DNA of 64,000 nt. It comes from a virus. Lineage: Duplodnaviria > Caudoviricetes. A model generated the notes under the pieces. It saw only the letters and a list, made by a program, of their open reading frames with translations. It was not told where the DNA came from and did no database searches. The position numbers were made by a program, and so were the translations under genes. The stretch lies in the IMG/VR virus record IMGVR_UViG_3300032327_000792; one strand, 5' to 3'. Shown here piece by piece: positions 28,845 to 37,564 of this stretch. Numbering within the stretch: the first letter of the stretch is position 1; every line of letters starts with the position of its first letter.

Positions 28845-29447
28845 TTAAAATATAATGCTAAAAACTATGGCCGCGCTTTTGCTGACCAATTCATCTGCAG
28901 CAGCCGAACTGGTAAAATACAGACCTGTGCCTCCAGATCCAACTGCGTTGCTGTAAATAGCCACACTGTTGGCCACATTGTTTGGTTTGGGCTGATTGCC
29001 CAGTACTTGATGTCCGTTCAAAATCACTCGATTGTTGGCAATGTCAAACTCAAAATTGTTGCTGGCAGTAAATCCACCAGAGCCGTTGTTGATCTGAATG
29101 TCGTTGACGTTTCCTCCAGGAATACCTGTGCCTCCTGAAGCCAAATTTGCATAGGCCGCAATTGGTGTACCATCTTGATTTACACTGGAGCTGATTTGCC
29201 AGGCACTGGCCACGGTATCAAATCTCAGTCCTGCATAGGTGTTGACAGTTTTTTGAGCCACAATGCCCATGTCTGTTACAGTACCAGTGTTGTTGGCAGC
29301 CACAATAATAAAAGCATCATCCACCGCCAACTCACTGACAGTGGTAACATTGCCAGTGATATCTACACTGCCGTTGATGTAGACTGTTCCGGTGCCGCCA
29401 TCAACGTCGATGTACCAGTCTGAGCTGAGATTTTTGTAACTTGCCAT
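28845..29447 (-). CDS. Virion structural protein
   Basis: 200 aa; late promoter at 29465; VDD.FIIVAANN motif similar to the long-fibre N-terminus (IEDPIIVLASN). Confidence 0.65.
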   Translation of the reverse strand: MASYKNLSSDWYIDVDGGTGTVYINGSVDITGNVTTVSELAVDDAFIIVAANNTGTVTDMGIVAQKTVNTYAGLRFDTVASAWQISSSVNQDGTPIAAYANLASGGTGIPGGNVNDIQINNGSGGFTASNNFEFDIANNRVILNGHQVLGNQPKPNNVANSVAIYSNAVGSGGTGLYFTSSAAADELVSKSAAIVFSIIF

Positions 29448-30032
29448 TTAAAGATCCTTTTGATTATTTATGCGGTCCAAGAAAGTGTGCATGGGCAAAT
29501 GCACAAGGTTTTTGATAGTGGCAAATTCCGCTATGTCCGCTGTGGTTTTGCCTTGCACTCGCACAAACTGTGTTTGGGGAAAATCTTCACAAATTCGACG
29601 TATTTGTTTGGTCCAGTTGCCGGTGAACACCGGGGTTGCATCAGACTTTCTGTAAAAGTCGGTGTCAGCATATACGTTGTTGAATCGATTGTTCACTGGA
29701 CCCATGTCAAACCCAATCATGTAGATTACACGATGTTGATCTATGGCTGCTATGCCTGTGGCCAACGGACCGGAACTGTAGCCGTAGTATTCGTGTGGAA
29801 CTTTTAATGCACCTTGATTTTCCGTGGGTTTTCGTGTGTAAAATTTGTTGTTGATAGCATATCCAGAATTTTGTATTTCTGCGGAAATAGGGCGATCTGT
29901 GGCAACCAATACATCGGGCACAAAATCTCTATACAAAGCATTACACCCATAAATTTTTCCAAGCGGGCGCAACAGTGCCAAATCAACTGCTTGCCTGCTC
30001 ACTCCGTTGCCTAGTACAAATGCTGTGGTCAT
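29448..30032 (-). CDS. Maf/DUF115-like (glycosyltransferase-related) protein
   Basis: AFVLGNGVSR, IYGCNALYRDF.PDVLVATD and IYMIGFD motifs. Confidence 0.55.
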   Translation of the reverse strand: MTTAFVLGNGVSRQAVDLALLRPLGKIYGCNALYRDFVPDVLVATDRPISAEIQNSGYAINNKFYTRKPTENQGALKVPHEYYGYSSGPLATGIAAIDQHRVIYMIGFDMGPVNNRFNNVYADTDFYRKSDATPVFTGNWTKQIRRICEDFPQTQFVRVQGKTTADIAEFATIKNLVHLPMHTFLDRINNQKDL

Positions 30033-30064
30033 AAAAAATCCCCACAGTACTTATTGTGGGGATT
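30033..30064 (-). terminator. Intrinsic terminator after the 252-aa gene
   Basis: 10-bp stem AATCCCCACA/TGTGGGGATT with a T tract on the minus strand. Confidence 0.8.
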
Positions 30065-30080
30065 GTTTGGTTGGTCAAAA

Positions 30081-30839
30081 TTAGCTGTTGTAGTTTTCTA
30101 CAATTGCTAGATCTAAGTTACCATTGGCCAATTGCTCTGAACCGTTGGTGCCCCATGTGTCTGTTTCGGCACCAGACTTGACAGTTGTACCTTCGTCACT
30201 GAAGAAGTTGGCTGCAAATGCCACGTTGTCAACTGTGTCTGTTGCTGCCCATACATCACCTGTGTCTGCATTGCCACCCACAGCACCACCAGCAAAGTTT
30301 TGCAAGAACTTGTTGGTCAACTTGCTGATTGCTGTTTCTGTTGAGTCATTGCTGAAGTAACTGATACTCATGTTGCCAGCTGTTGGCGTCAAGTCACTGG
30401 TCAATACACACTGACCCACTGCGTTCACACGACCTGTTCCTGTGTTGGCCAATGCTGCTGTGGCAGTAAACACATCGCCTGCTGCTACATCACTACCGGC
30501 ACCATAAGTTGCCCAGTTTGTGTCACCAACCACAGTGACACGATAAGCTGATCCTGCGACCAATGCTGTACGAGCTGTGATTCCGCCCACTAGATACTTG
30601 TGTGAGCCTTTTTGACGGATAATATAACCATCTTCTTCGGCAAAGCCAGTGATGAACACACGGCATTTGACTGTGGGATATGTGGCTGTGTCCACTGTGT
30701 TTGAACCACCAACAACACCAAGATATTCTGTGTTGTTGTCAAACACTGGTGATGGTAATACTGGAGCTGTTAGCCCGGCTAATGCATTGAAACCAATGTC
30801 ACTGGTTGTAGATTTTTTGATTTTTAGAGGACGACCCAT
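30081..30839 (-). CDS. Probable abundant virion protein
   Basis: 252 aa; own late promoter, structured leader, AAGGAG SD and downstream terminator. Confidence 0.7.
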   Translation of the reverse strand: MGRPLKIKKSTTSDIGFNALAGLTAPVLPSPVFDNNTEYLGVVGGSNTVDTATYPTVKCRVFITGFAEEDGYIIRQKGSHKYLVGGITARTALVAGSAYRVTVVGDTNWATYGAGSDVAAGDVFTATAALANTGTGRVNAVGQCVLTSDLTPTAGNMSISYFSNDSTETAISKLTNKFLQNFAGGAVGGNADTGDVWAATDTVDNVAFAANFFSDEGTTVKSGAETDTWGTNGSEQLANGNLDLAIVENYNS

Positions 30840-30929
30840 TTTGTTTTCTCCTTAAAGAAGTCCGATCCGGGTTCTAGCCGGTACGCAGGGGTTCGAAGCC
30901 TGCATAAAACGCCGAATTGCGTTGACAAG

Positions 30930-30937
30930 TATTTATG
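30930..30937 (-). promoter_or_regulatory. Late promoter CATAAATA followed by a structured leader
   Basis: Divergent box TTAAATA at 30971-30977 serves the TPR-GT gene. Confidence 0.75.
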
Positions 30938-30982
30938 GTTGGACAAATATTTTAGTCAGTTAGGTGTTAATTAAATAAAGTT

Positions 30983-32140
30983 ATGAGTACCAAATTAGAA
31001 CTAGAGCACTTGATCAATCAAGGCAACACAGCCAGAGCCGAAAACAATCCAGAGTTGGCGTTGAGATGCTACGCTCAAGTCATGATTGAAGACCGTGGCC
31101 ATGCTGGAGCATTTTGCAACTACGGCAATGTGTTGCGCGAGTGTGGAGATCCCCAGGGTGGCATACCATTTTTACAACGAAGCATACAGTTGGATCCCAC
31201 TAACTCAATAACACAGTTTAACTTGGCTGTGGCCTATTTGTTGGCCGGAGACTATGAGCGTGGTTGGGCACAGTATGAACATCGATGGAATTTTGAACAC
31301 CTGGCCGGTGCACTGCCCCAATTTGAACAACCACGCTGGACTGGTCAAAACATACAGGGCAAAACAGTGTTGATTGTTGGTGAACAAGGTCACGGCGACA
31401 ACATACAATTTGTGAGATTTGTGGGCGACGTTGCGGCTCGCGGAGCAAAGGTTGTGCTAGTGGTTGATCCTGCATTGATACCACTGTTCCGAATTGCGGC
31501 CATCTCCGACATTGTGGCATTTAATCAACCGTTGCCGCCTTTTGATTACTGGACTCCAATCATGAGTATTCCCGGCATCATTGGATCAACCTTGCAAAAT
31601 CTTGCACTGGTACCTTGTTATCTCGGCGCTGATCCTGAACTGCAACAGGCCTGGCTGACCAAACTGGGTCCAAAAACACGATTGCGTGTGGGATTCTGTT
31701 GGTCGGGTCGTAGAGACACCTGGATCAATCGTCACAAAGGCATGCCGTTTGACACCATGTTGGCCTTGATCCAACAGAATCCCACGTATGAATGGATCAA
31801 CTTACAGTGCGACTGCACTGCAGAGGAAGAATTGGCATTGGTTCGGGCCGGAGTACGGGCTTATCCGGGCAGTATCAAAAACTTTGCTGACACAGCAGCC
31901 TTGATGATGAACACGGATGTGATATTGGCAGTGGACACTGCTGTGGCACACTTGGCTGGGGCCTTGGGTAGACCCACCGGTGTTATGCTGAGTCAGTTTG
32001 CGCTGGACTGGCGCTGGTTGTTGAACAGAGATGACAGTCCTTGGTATTCAAGTGCCACACTGTTCCGACAGCCTCGGATGGGCGATTGGCAATCAGTGAC
32101 AGAAAAGATCAACCAACATCTTGGCTGTTACAAGGTTTAA
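30983..32140 (+). CDS. TPR-containing glycosyltransferase (GT-B, family 9-like)
   Basis: N-terminal TPRs (AFCNYGNVLRE, QFNLAVAYLL.G.YE.GW..YE.R); EQG.GDNIQF.RF, VGFCWSG and D.ILAVDTAVAHLAGALG.P motifs. Confidence 0.9.
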   Translation: MSTKLELEHLINQGNTARAENNPELALRCYAQVMIEDRGHAGAFCNYGNVLRECGDPQGGIPFLQRSIQLDPTNSITQFNLAVAYLLAGDYERGWAQYEHRWNFEHLAGALPQFEQPRWTGQNIQGKTVLIVGEQGHGDNIQFVRFVGDVAARGAKVVLVVDPALIPLFRIAAISDIVAFNQPLPPFDYWTPIMSIPGIIGSTLQNLALVPCYLGADPELQQAWLTKLGPKTRLRVGFCWSGRRDTWINRHKGMPFDTMLALIQQNPTYEWINLQCDCTAEEELALVRAGVRAYPGSIKNFADTAALMMNTDVILAVDTAVAHLAGALGRPTGVMLSQFALDWRWLLNRDDSPWYSSATLFRQPRMGDWQSVTEKINQHLGCYKV

Positions 32141-32436
32141 GGCTGGTAGGCCACTACTTCGCCTGTGGCAGGATCTAGGTACAGTGAGACCAATCCCGAG
32201 ACATTGGCGACCACTCTGACATTGCCCAAGAATACACCTGTGCCCGACGACTGTATGACTTTGTTGAGAGCGCCGTTGACGTTGCCCACATAGATTGTTT
32301 GATCCGCTTGGCTGACCACTAGCTCGCTGGGGCGAGCATTGCCATTGTAGGCCACAATGTTGGCCTGTGCGTTGTCTTTCATCACAGCACGACTGATGCC
32401 TGTGATGTCTGCGTATGGTGGGGGTGGATTAGCCAT
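32137..32436 (-). CDS. Hypothetical late protein (start reassigned to 32436)
   Basis: The ATG at 32436 (MANPPPPYADITG) overlaps the stop of the small upstream ORF (ATGGCTAA). Confidence 0.65.
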   Translation of the reverse strand: MANPPPPYADITGISRAVMKDNAQANIVAYNGNARPSELVVSQADQTIYVGNVNGALNKVIQSSGTGVFLGNVRVVANVSGLVSLYLDPATGEVVAYQP

Positions 32437-32569
32437 TTGTGTTAACTTTCTTGTTGTACACAGGCACAGGATTTGTTGGCTTGATTGTGCCATAGCCCAC
32501 TGGGTTGCCTATAGGTGAGGGTGGTGGGGGTTCTGCTACAAAGTTTGAAAATCTAATGCTGGTGATCAT
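32429..32569 (-). CDS. 46-aa Pro-rich small protein (not in ORF track)
   Basis: MITSIRFSNFVAEPPPPSPIGNPVGYGTIKPTNPVPVYNKKVNTNG; GATAAATA lies 5 nt upstream and the stop is coupled to the next gene. Confidence 0.55.
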   Translation of the reverse strand: MITSIRFSNFVAEPPPPSPIGNPVGYGTIKPTNPVPVYNKKVNTNG

Positions 32570-32584
32570 GGCAATATTTATCGG

Positions 32585-33334
32585 TTAGGGCGTGAGTTTG
32601 TGCTTGCAACGGTCACCGTGAAAAGCATTGTATCTATGTTTTGCAGATTTAACTGGACAATGCGGACATTGTATTTTTATTTGACTGTAGTGTGTACCTT
32701 CTGCTCGCTGTTTTGCTACAGTGGCACTGATTGCAACCCCGTGTTCGACAGATTTCTTTGTACCTTTTAACGCCACTGATCGTTTAGTTTTTTCTGCGTC
32801 ACTCATTGGCCCTTTTTTAATACCAGTCATTGCTATCTTCATTCTTGCTTTTTGTTCTTCTGTTCGCTTTTGCCCTGTGCGTTTAGCTACACCTTTAGCA
32901 ATAGATTCTGAACTCATTTTTTTACCCAATGCAGATTTTCTATTTTTTTCTTTTTGTTCTTCTGTGGCCGGCACTCCTTTGTTATGCGCAGGACGACCTT
33001 TCATTGTAGTGGAGTGTATAAGAGAGAATTCTTTTTTAAGATTTTCGTAAACTCTGCTAGTTATTTTAGTTTCGTATCTTTTGGTATATTGCCCATTTCT
33101 TTTCATACCATTTAATGCATAAACCATTTTGGCTTTTGATTCTCCAGAATACATTTTTATCAATAACCAATGACATATAAAATGTTCTCTGGCTGTAAGA
33201 TCTACTAAATTTTCTTTATCGTTAGACCCGCCTAAACTGCGAGGAATAATATGGTGTCGTTCCTTATATCCATTGAGAGAGCGAGTTTTTGCATTTTCTG
33301 TTATGTTGTTGTACCAAGTATTATATTTGCTCAT
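32585..33334 (-). mobile_element. Free-standing HNH homing endonuclease with NUMOD3-like repeats (Mob-like)
   Basis: ERHHIIPRSLGGSND.ENLV.LTAREHFICH; C-terminal basic helical repeats and CPHC; own late promoter; immediately downstream of gp23. Confidence 0.85.
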
Positions 33335-33379
33335 GCTATTATTTATCAAAATTTGTCATTCACTTAATATTATAGTCAC

Positions 33380-33404
33380 AAAAAAACCACTTTGCAGTGG
33401 TTTT
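33380..33404 (-). terminator. Intrinsic terminator after gp23
   Basis: AAAACCACT-GCAA-AGTGGTTTT plus T tract. Confidence 0.85.
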
Positions 33405-33446
33405 CTTGCTTCTTCCCATCCCTGAGAAAAATAAACTTCGATTTTC

Positions 33447-34643
33447 TTACGAAAAGCTAAGGTTCTGTACTGCGATTTCGCCAAGGTAATCAGCTGCGTT
33501 CCCGAACGATGATGCAGTGTTCGTGAGCTCGACGTATCCGTATCTCGTCATAAACGAAACTACTGGTTCGAATGTTGTTGGATCTAACACAACACCAGAA
33601 CTCATCAACGGAATGTATGGGCAATAGAACGCAGCTGCGTCAGCTTCTGATGAACCCTTGTAGCCAACCAACACAGGTGTTGTGTCACTAGCGTAAGAGT
33701 CAACAAACACACGCATTGCACCGTTCAATGTACCAACAAACTTGGTGTTTGTGGGTGCTTCGAATGTGCCTTCTGTTGTGCGAGCAAATGCTGAAGTAGT
33801 TGCAGATTGCAACACTGTCAATGCAGCTGAAGAAACAACAGCCCAGTTACCAGCGCCACGACGTGTACGCTGAGCGATCAAGTTAGCAACACGGTTGATC
33901 AAAACTGCCAATGCGGCATGCTCGTCACCAACGAATGTAGCTGTACCTGATACAGTAGCTTGGTTGTATGTAAATTCAGTTGTGGCCAAAGTGCGTAAGC
34001 TCAATAAGATCTCTTGATCGATCTCAGCTGTGATCTCTTGTGCAAGAGCAGCCATGATTTCTGCTTCAACGTCGATACCGTGCATAGCTTGTGCATCTTG
34101 AGCTGACTCAAATGTCCAACGAGCTTGCAACTTACGTGTCTTGGCTTCAACAGCTTGTTTCAAGATTTGTACTGAAATTTGCTTACCGCCTGTGCCTTCC
34201 ATTGTTGCTGTATTACCACCTGTGTAATTGGCTGTACTTGTAGTAGCCTGTGGCACTGTTGAGTAAGCTGTAGCAATTGTGAATGGACTCAAAGCTTCTT
34301 GACCAGCAGTTACTGATGTTGCAGCAGCTGATGTGTCTGTCAAACTTTGTGCATAACGTACACGTAATGTGTGAATCTGACCCACTGGGCCAGTCATTGG
34401 CTGAACACCAACTAATTCATTGGCAATAACAGTCGGCATTACACGACGAATAACTGGAAGAATCACACGGTTTAATGTAGCGATGTTGCCAGATGATGTT
34501 GAACCAGCACTTGCGTTCTCTTTCAAATACTTGCGTGTATTCTCAAGAATAACGTTCATACTGTTGCGCTTGGAACCTGAAAGACCTTCCATCAAGGCGT
34601 CTTTAGTTTCTGACCAGCGACTTTCTAATAGTTCTTGTGACAT
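33447..34643 (-). CDS. gp23: Major capsid protein
   Basis: GVQPMTGPVGQIHTLR, AKTRKLQARWTFE.AQD..AMHG.D.E.E, EIDQEIL and FYCPYIPL..TRYG motifs. Confidence 0.98.
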   Translation of the reverse strand: MSQELLESRWSETKDALMEGLSGSKRNSMNVILENTRKYLKENASAGSTSSGNIATLNRVILPVIRRVMPTVIANELVGVQPMTGPVGQIHTLRVRYAQSLTDTSAAATSVTAGQEALSPFTIATAYSTVPQATTSTANYTGGNTATMEGTGGKQISVQILKQAVEAKTRKLQARWTFESAQDAQAMHGIDVEAEIMAALAQEITAEIDQEILLSLRTLATTEFTYNQATVSGTATFVGDEHAALAVLINRVANLIAQRTRRGAGNWAVVSSAALTVLQSATTSAFARTTEGTFEAPTNTKFVGTLNGAMRVFVDSYASDTTPVLVGYKGSSEADAAAFYCPYIPLMSSGVVLDPTTFEPVVSFMTRYGYVELTNTASSFGNAADYLGEIAVQNLSFS

Positions 34644-34664
34644 TTAAGTCTCCTTTTTTTCTAA

Positions 34665-35753
34665 TTATAATCCTGCCAAGCGTTTGAGATCAATAACATT
34701 GCTGTTATCTTCTTCTTCAACCACTCGCACAGATTTATCGCCAGTGACTTCGGCAACAGATTCAGTAATTACTTTAGAGGCTTTTACTGAACGGTTTTCC
34801 AAAACAGCTGGTAGATACTTTTCAAAAGCATTTGTTAGACGTGATGTCTGAACGCTTTCGAGTAAATTACGCATAACTTCTTGCTTTTCCCGGTTCAAAG
34901 GAGCAAGCAAATCATCCATTGTGCTTTGACGCTCATTGGTTTCTTTGATCACACGTATTTCACGTTCTTTTGACTCAACCAAAACTTTTGCTTTCTGGGT
35001 TAGTCGGATGGCTTCGCTCAATTGTGTATCTTTGTGAGCAATTACGTCATGCAATTTACGAACTTCTGCGTTCTCATTTAAGTGAGTTGCACCAAATTCT
35101 GCTGCGTATGCTTCAAAAATACGACGACCAAAGTTGTTCTCGCGAGCAGCTTTGATGTCTTCTTGCAATTGAGAAAGTTCAGCTTTGAGATGTTTGCTAA
35201 CAGCTTGGCTCATCTTTGAAGCAGATTCTTTCACAAATCTACTCTTTAGACCTTCCAATTGAGCACGGGCTTCACGCACCAAACGAACCTTGGTCTCAAC
35301 GACGTCTTGTTTGTCTTGTGCAAATTCTTGAATTTCACGTGCCAAAGCGTGTACAATAAAGCCTTCTAATTTTTCTAAACCTTCATTGTGTGCTTTGCGA
35401 TCTCGACGCAGTTCGCCAATTTCTTCTGCAAGTTTTGTGACCATAAAGTTGTTGAACTTTGTGGCTGATTCACTCATCTTGCTTTGGAACCGAACGCGGT
35501 CTTCGGCGATTGCTTGCTTTTCAGCGGCAACTGCTTCTAACTCTGCTGTGAGACCTTCTGTTACCATACGATCCAGGGCTTCCACCATTACTGATTTGTC
35601 ATGCTCATAGCGTTGTGCAAACTCTTCACGGAGTTCTGCACGTACCTGTTCACGAGCTTCGTTTAGCTTTGATTCCCATGCTTCAGAAATCTCTTGCTTG
35701 GCTTCCTCGTTGATCAAGTCGCTATCTAATAATGGTTTAATAGCATCTAACAT
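34665..35753 (-). CDS. gp22: Prohead core scaffolding protein
   Basis: 362-aa coiled-coil located between gp21 and gp23. Confidence 0.85.
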   Translation of the reverse strand: MLDAIKPLLDSDLINEEAKQEISEAWESKLNEAREQVRAELREEFAQRYEHDKSVMVEALDRMVTEGLTAELEAVAAEKQAIAEDRVRFQSKMSESATKFNNFMVTKLAEEIGELRRDRKAHNEGLEKLEGFIVHALAREIQEFAQDKQDVVETKVRLVREARAQLEGLKSRFVKESASKMSQAVSKHLKAELSQLQEDIKAARENNFGRRIFEAYAAEFGATHLNENAEVRKLHDVIAHKDTQLSEAIRLTQKAKVLVESKEREIRVIKETNERQSTMDDLLAPLNREKQEVMRNLLESVQTSRLTNAFEKYLPAVLENRSVKASKVITESVAEVTGDKSVRVVEEEDNSNVIDLKRLAGL

Positions 35754-35765
35754 GCTTATTTCTCC

Positions 35766-36407
35766 TTAGATTTTGAGATCTTTGATCAGGCGCATTACTT
35801 CCTGTTTCAAATATCTCTGTGCTTTGTTGCTCGACGCTGGGTCCTTGTACATATCCAACAATCTCTGTCCGCCACGCATGTTGAGCAGGCCTTCATAGAT
35901 TGCTGTTGGATAAGCATTTGGAGCACTTGGTTGAGCAACCACATCAACAGTGACAATTTCAAAGTCACTGACATGTCCGTTGCGGTCGTCGACGTTTCCT
36001 GATCCACGACTACTAACACCTAATTTAACACCTGATTGCAACATAGTTTTCACTAGTTCGCCCATGGGTGTTGGTAATATCTTTAGCGTACCATATCCGG
36101 CAGGACCGTCCATCCACATTTTTTCAATCATGTGACTCACACGATCCAGGTTAATTTTCAAATCATCTGGGTGATCAACTTCGCCCAACACTGAATGACC
36201 TGTTTTGATCTGTTCGTTGACTGTGTCCACTGCCTTGGCTATTTCGTGTACTGGATATACTCGCTCGTTGGCGTTTTTTACGCCGCCCTCAATACAAATA
36301 CCCTTTAACTTCATGGTTTTTGTACCTGAGCCATCCTGAGCTTCCTCAAGCAGTACCTCGGCACGTGCTTGAGTGAAGCTTAGATGTTCCTGTAGATATC
36401 GAGCCAT
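35766..36407 (-). CDS. gp21: Prohead protease
   Basis: KN.NERVYP, GEVDHP, L.RVSH and GVSSRGSG, D.VA.PSAP motifs. Confidence 0.95.
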   Translation of the reverse strand: MARYLQEHLSFTQARAEVLLEEAQDGSGTKTMKLKGICIEGGVKNANERVYPVHEIAKAVDTVNEQIKTGHSVLGEVDHPDDLKINLDRVSHMIEKMWMDGPAGYGTLKILPTPMGELVKTMLQSGVKLGVSSRGSGNVDDRNGHVSDFEIVTVDVVAQPSAPNAYPTAIYEGLLNMRGGQRLLDMYKDPASSNKAQRYLKQEVMRLIKDLKI

Positions 36408-36415
36408 ATCTCTAG

Positions 36416-37234
36416 TTAGGCCTTAGGAAATGGTGTACGTGTATTAACACCCGTTGCCTGTGCTGTCACTGGCTTGGTAGCTGGACCTTGTTTTGGGCTA
36501 GTTGTACCACCCATGTCCTTGGCTGTTGGAGCTGGACGACCTTTGGCTTCTGCGCCTGTTGTTGACACTGGCTTGGCAACTGCACCTGCAGCACCTGCGT
36601 TAGCAGCCACTGTAGACTTGGTATTTGTGCCGCCTTCTTCTGTGGTAACTGGCTTAGGAGCTGCTTTGAGATCAACTGCTTCCATAAAGCCCATTTGGCC
36701 TTCTGGTGCAAATTCTTCTGTGTCGTCCATTTCTAGAGCGTCACCTTCTACGTCGCCGTCGATGCCTGCATCGCCATCTTCACCGTCGTTGTCAAAACCG
36801 TCGTTGCCCATCATGGCTTCAAATTCAGCCATTAATTCGTCTAACTTGTCTTCCAAGTCAACCACACGATCTTCAATGTCGGCTTCGTCTTGAGCATCGC
36901 CCATGTCATCGCCGTCAATCATTTCTTCTTCGGCATCCATTTCGATTTCTTCATCTTCCATGGAAATGCCTTGTTCTTCCATTTCAACGTCGGCGATCAA
37001 ATCATCACTGGCGTCTCCACCGATGGCTTCGTGCATTTCATCGTATTCAATGTCTTTGGCAACTTTTTTACCAGCTTGTTCAGCTTTGTCGTCGCGCTCA
37101 GCATCTGTCTCTTCATCCATGAGATTTTCATAGATTTCACGTGATTTCTCTACCACGATGTCGTGAAATAATTCACGGGCTTTTGATTCGTCATCATTGA
37201 TAACGTATTCAATTAGTTGTTCAAATTTATTCAT
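36416..37234 (-). CDS. Acidic prohead core protein (start reassigned to 37234)
   Basis: Highly Asp/Glu-rich N-terminal part, Ala/Lys/Pro-rich tail; GGAGG SD before ATG 37234; upstream of gp21. Confidence 0.7.
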   Translation of the reverse strand: MNKFEQLIEYVINDDESKARELFHDIVVEKSREIYENLMDEETDAERDDKAEQAGKKVAKDIEYDEMHEAIGGDASDDLIADVEMEEQGISMEDEEIEMDAEEEMIDGDDMGDAQDEADIEDRVVDLEDKLDELMAEFEAMMGNDGFDNDGEDGDAGIDGDVEGDALEMDDTEEFAPEGQMGFMEAVDLKAAPKPVTTEEGGTNTKSTVAANAGAAGAVAKPVSTTGAEAKGRPAPTAKDMGGTTSPKQGPATKPVTAQATGVNTRTPFPKA

Positions 37235-37330
37235 GAGTCCCTCCAATGTAAATGGCTCTTGGATGTATTTAAGCACCGAGAGTAATATTGGTGTATTTAG
37301 GGGACGAAAGTGGCGAAAATGACTGTTTTG

Positions 37331-37552
37331 TTACAGTCCCGGGGGTGTCGGAGGTGGTGCGTACTGCTGACGAATCAGCTTGAGTTTTTCTTTGTATTCG
37401 TAGGTACGCACATCATTCATCTGACGTAGTTTACGAATTTGTCGCAAAGTCAGTCGAGTTTTACGCAAACTACCTAGCGTAGGTTGACTGTTGTCTTGAC
37501 CAACATCTTGGTAGGACTCAGGTTGACGTTGATATAGCTCGTTGAGGATCAT
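37331..37552 (-). CDS. Small basic prohead-associated protein
   Basis: 73 aa between portal and core genes; TATAAATA 4 nt upstream. Confidence 0.7.
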   Translation of the reverse strand: MILNELYQRQPESYQDVGQDNSQPTLGSLRKTRLTLRQIRKLRQMNDVRTYEYKEKLKLIRQQYAPPPTPPGL

Positions 37553-37556
37553 GCTG

Positions 37557-37564
37557 TATTTATA
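37557..37564 (-). promoter_or_regulatory. Late promoter TATAAATA (exact T4 consensus)
   Basis: 4 nt from ATG 37552; related boxes at 37266, 37294 and 39380. Confidence 0.8.

Noticed and set aside
30883-30905. tRNA (GGTTCGAA T-loop-like sequence)
   Set aside because: No acceptor, D or anticodon arms around it; it lies in a gene leader.
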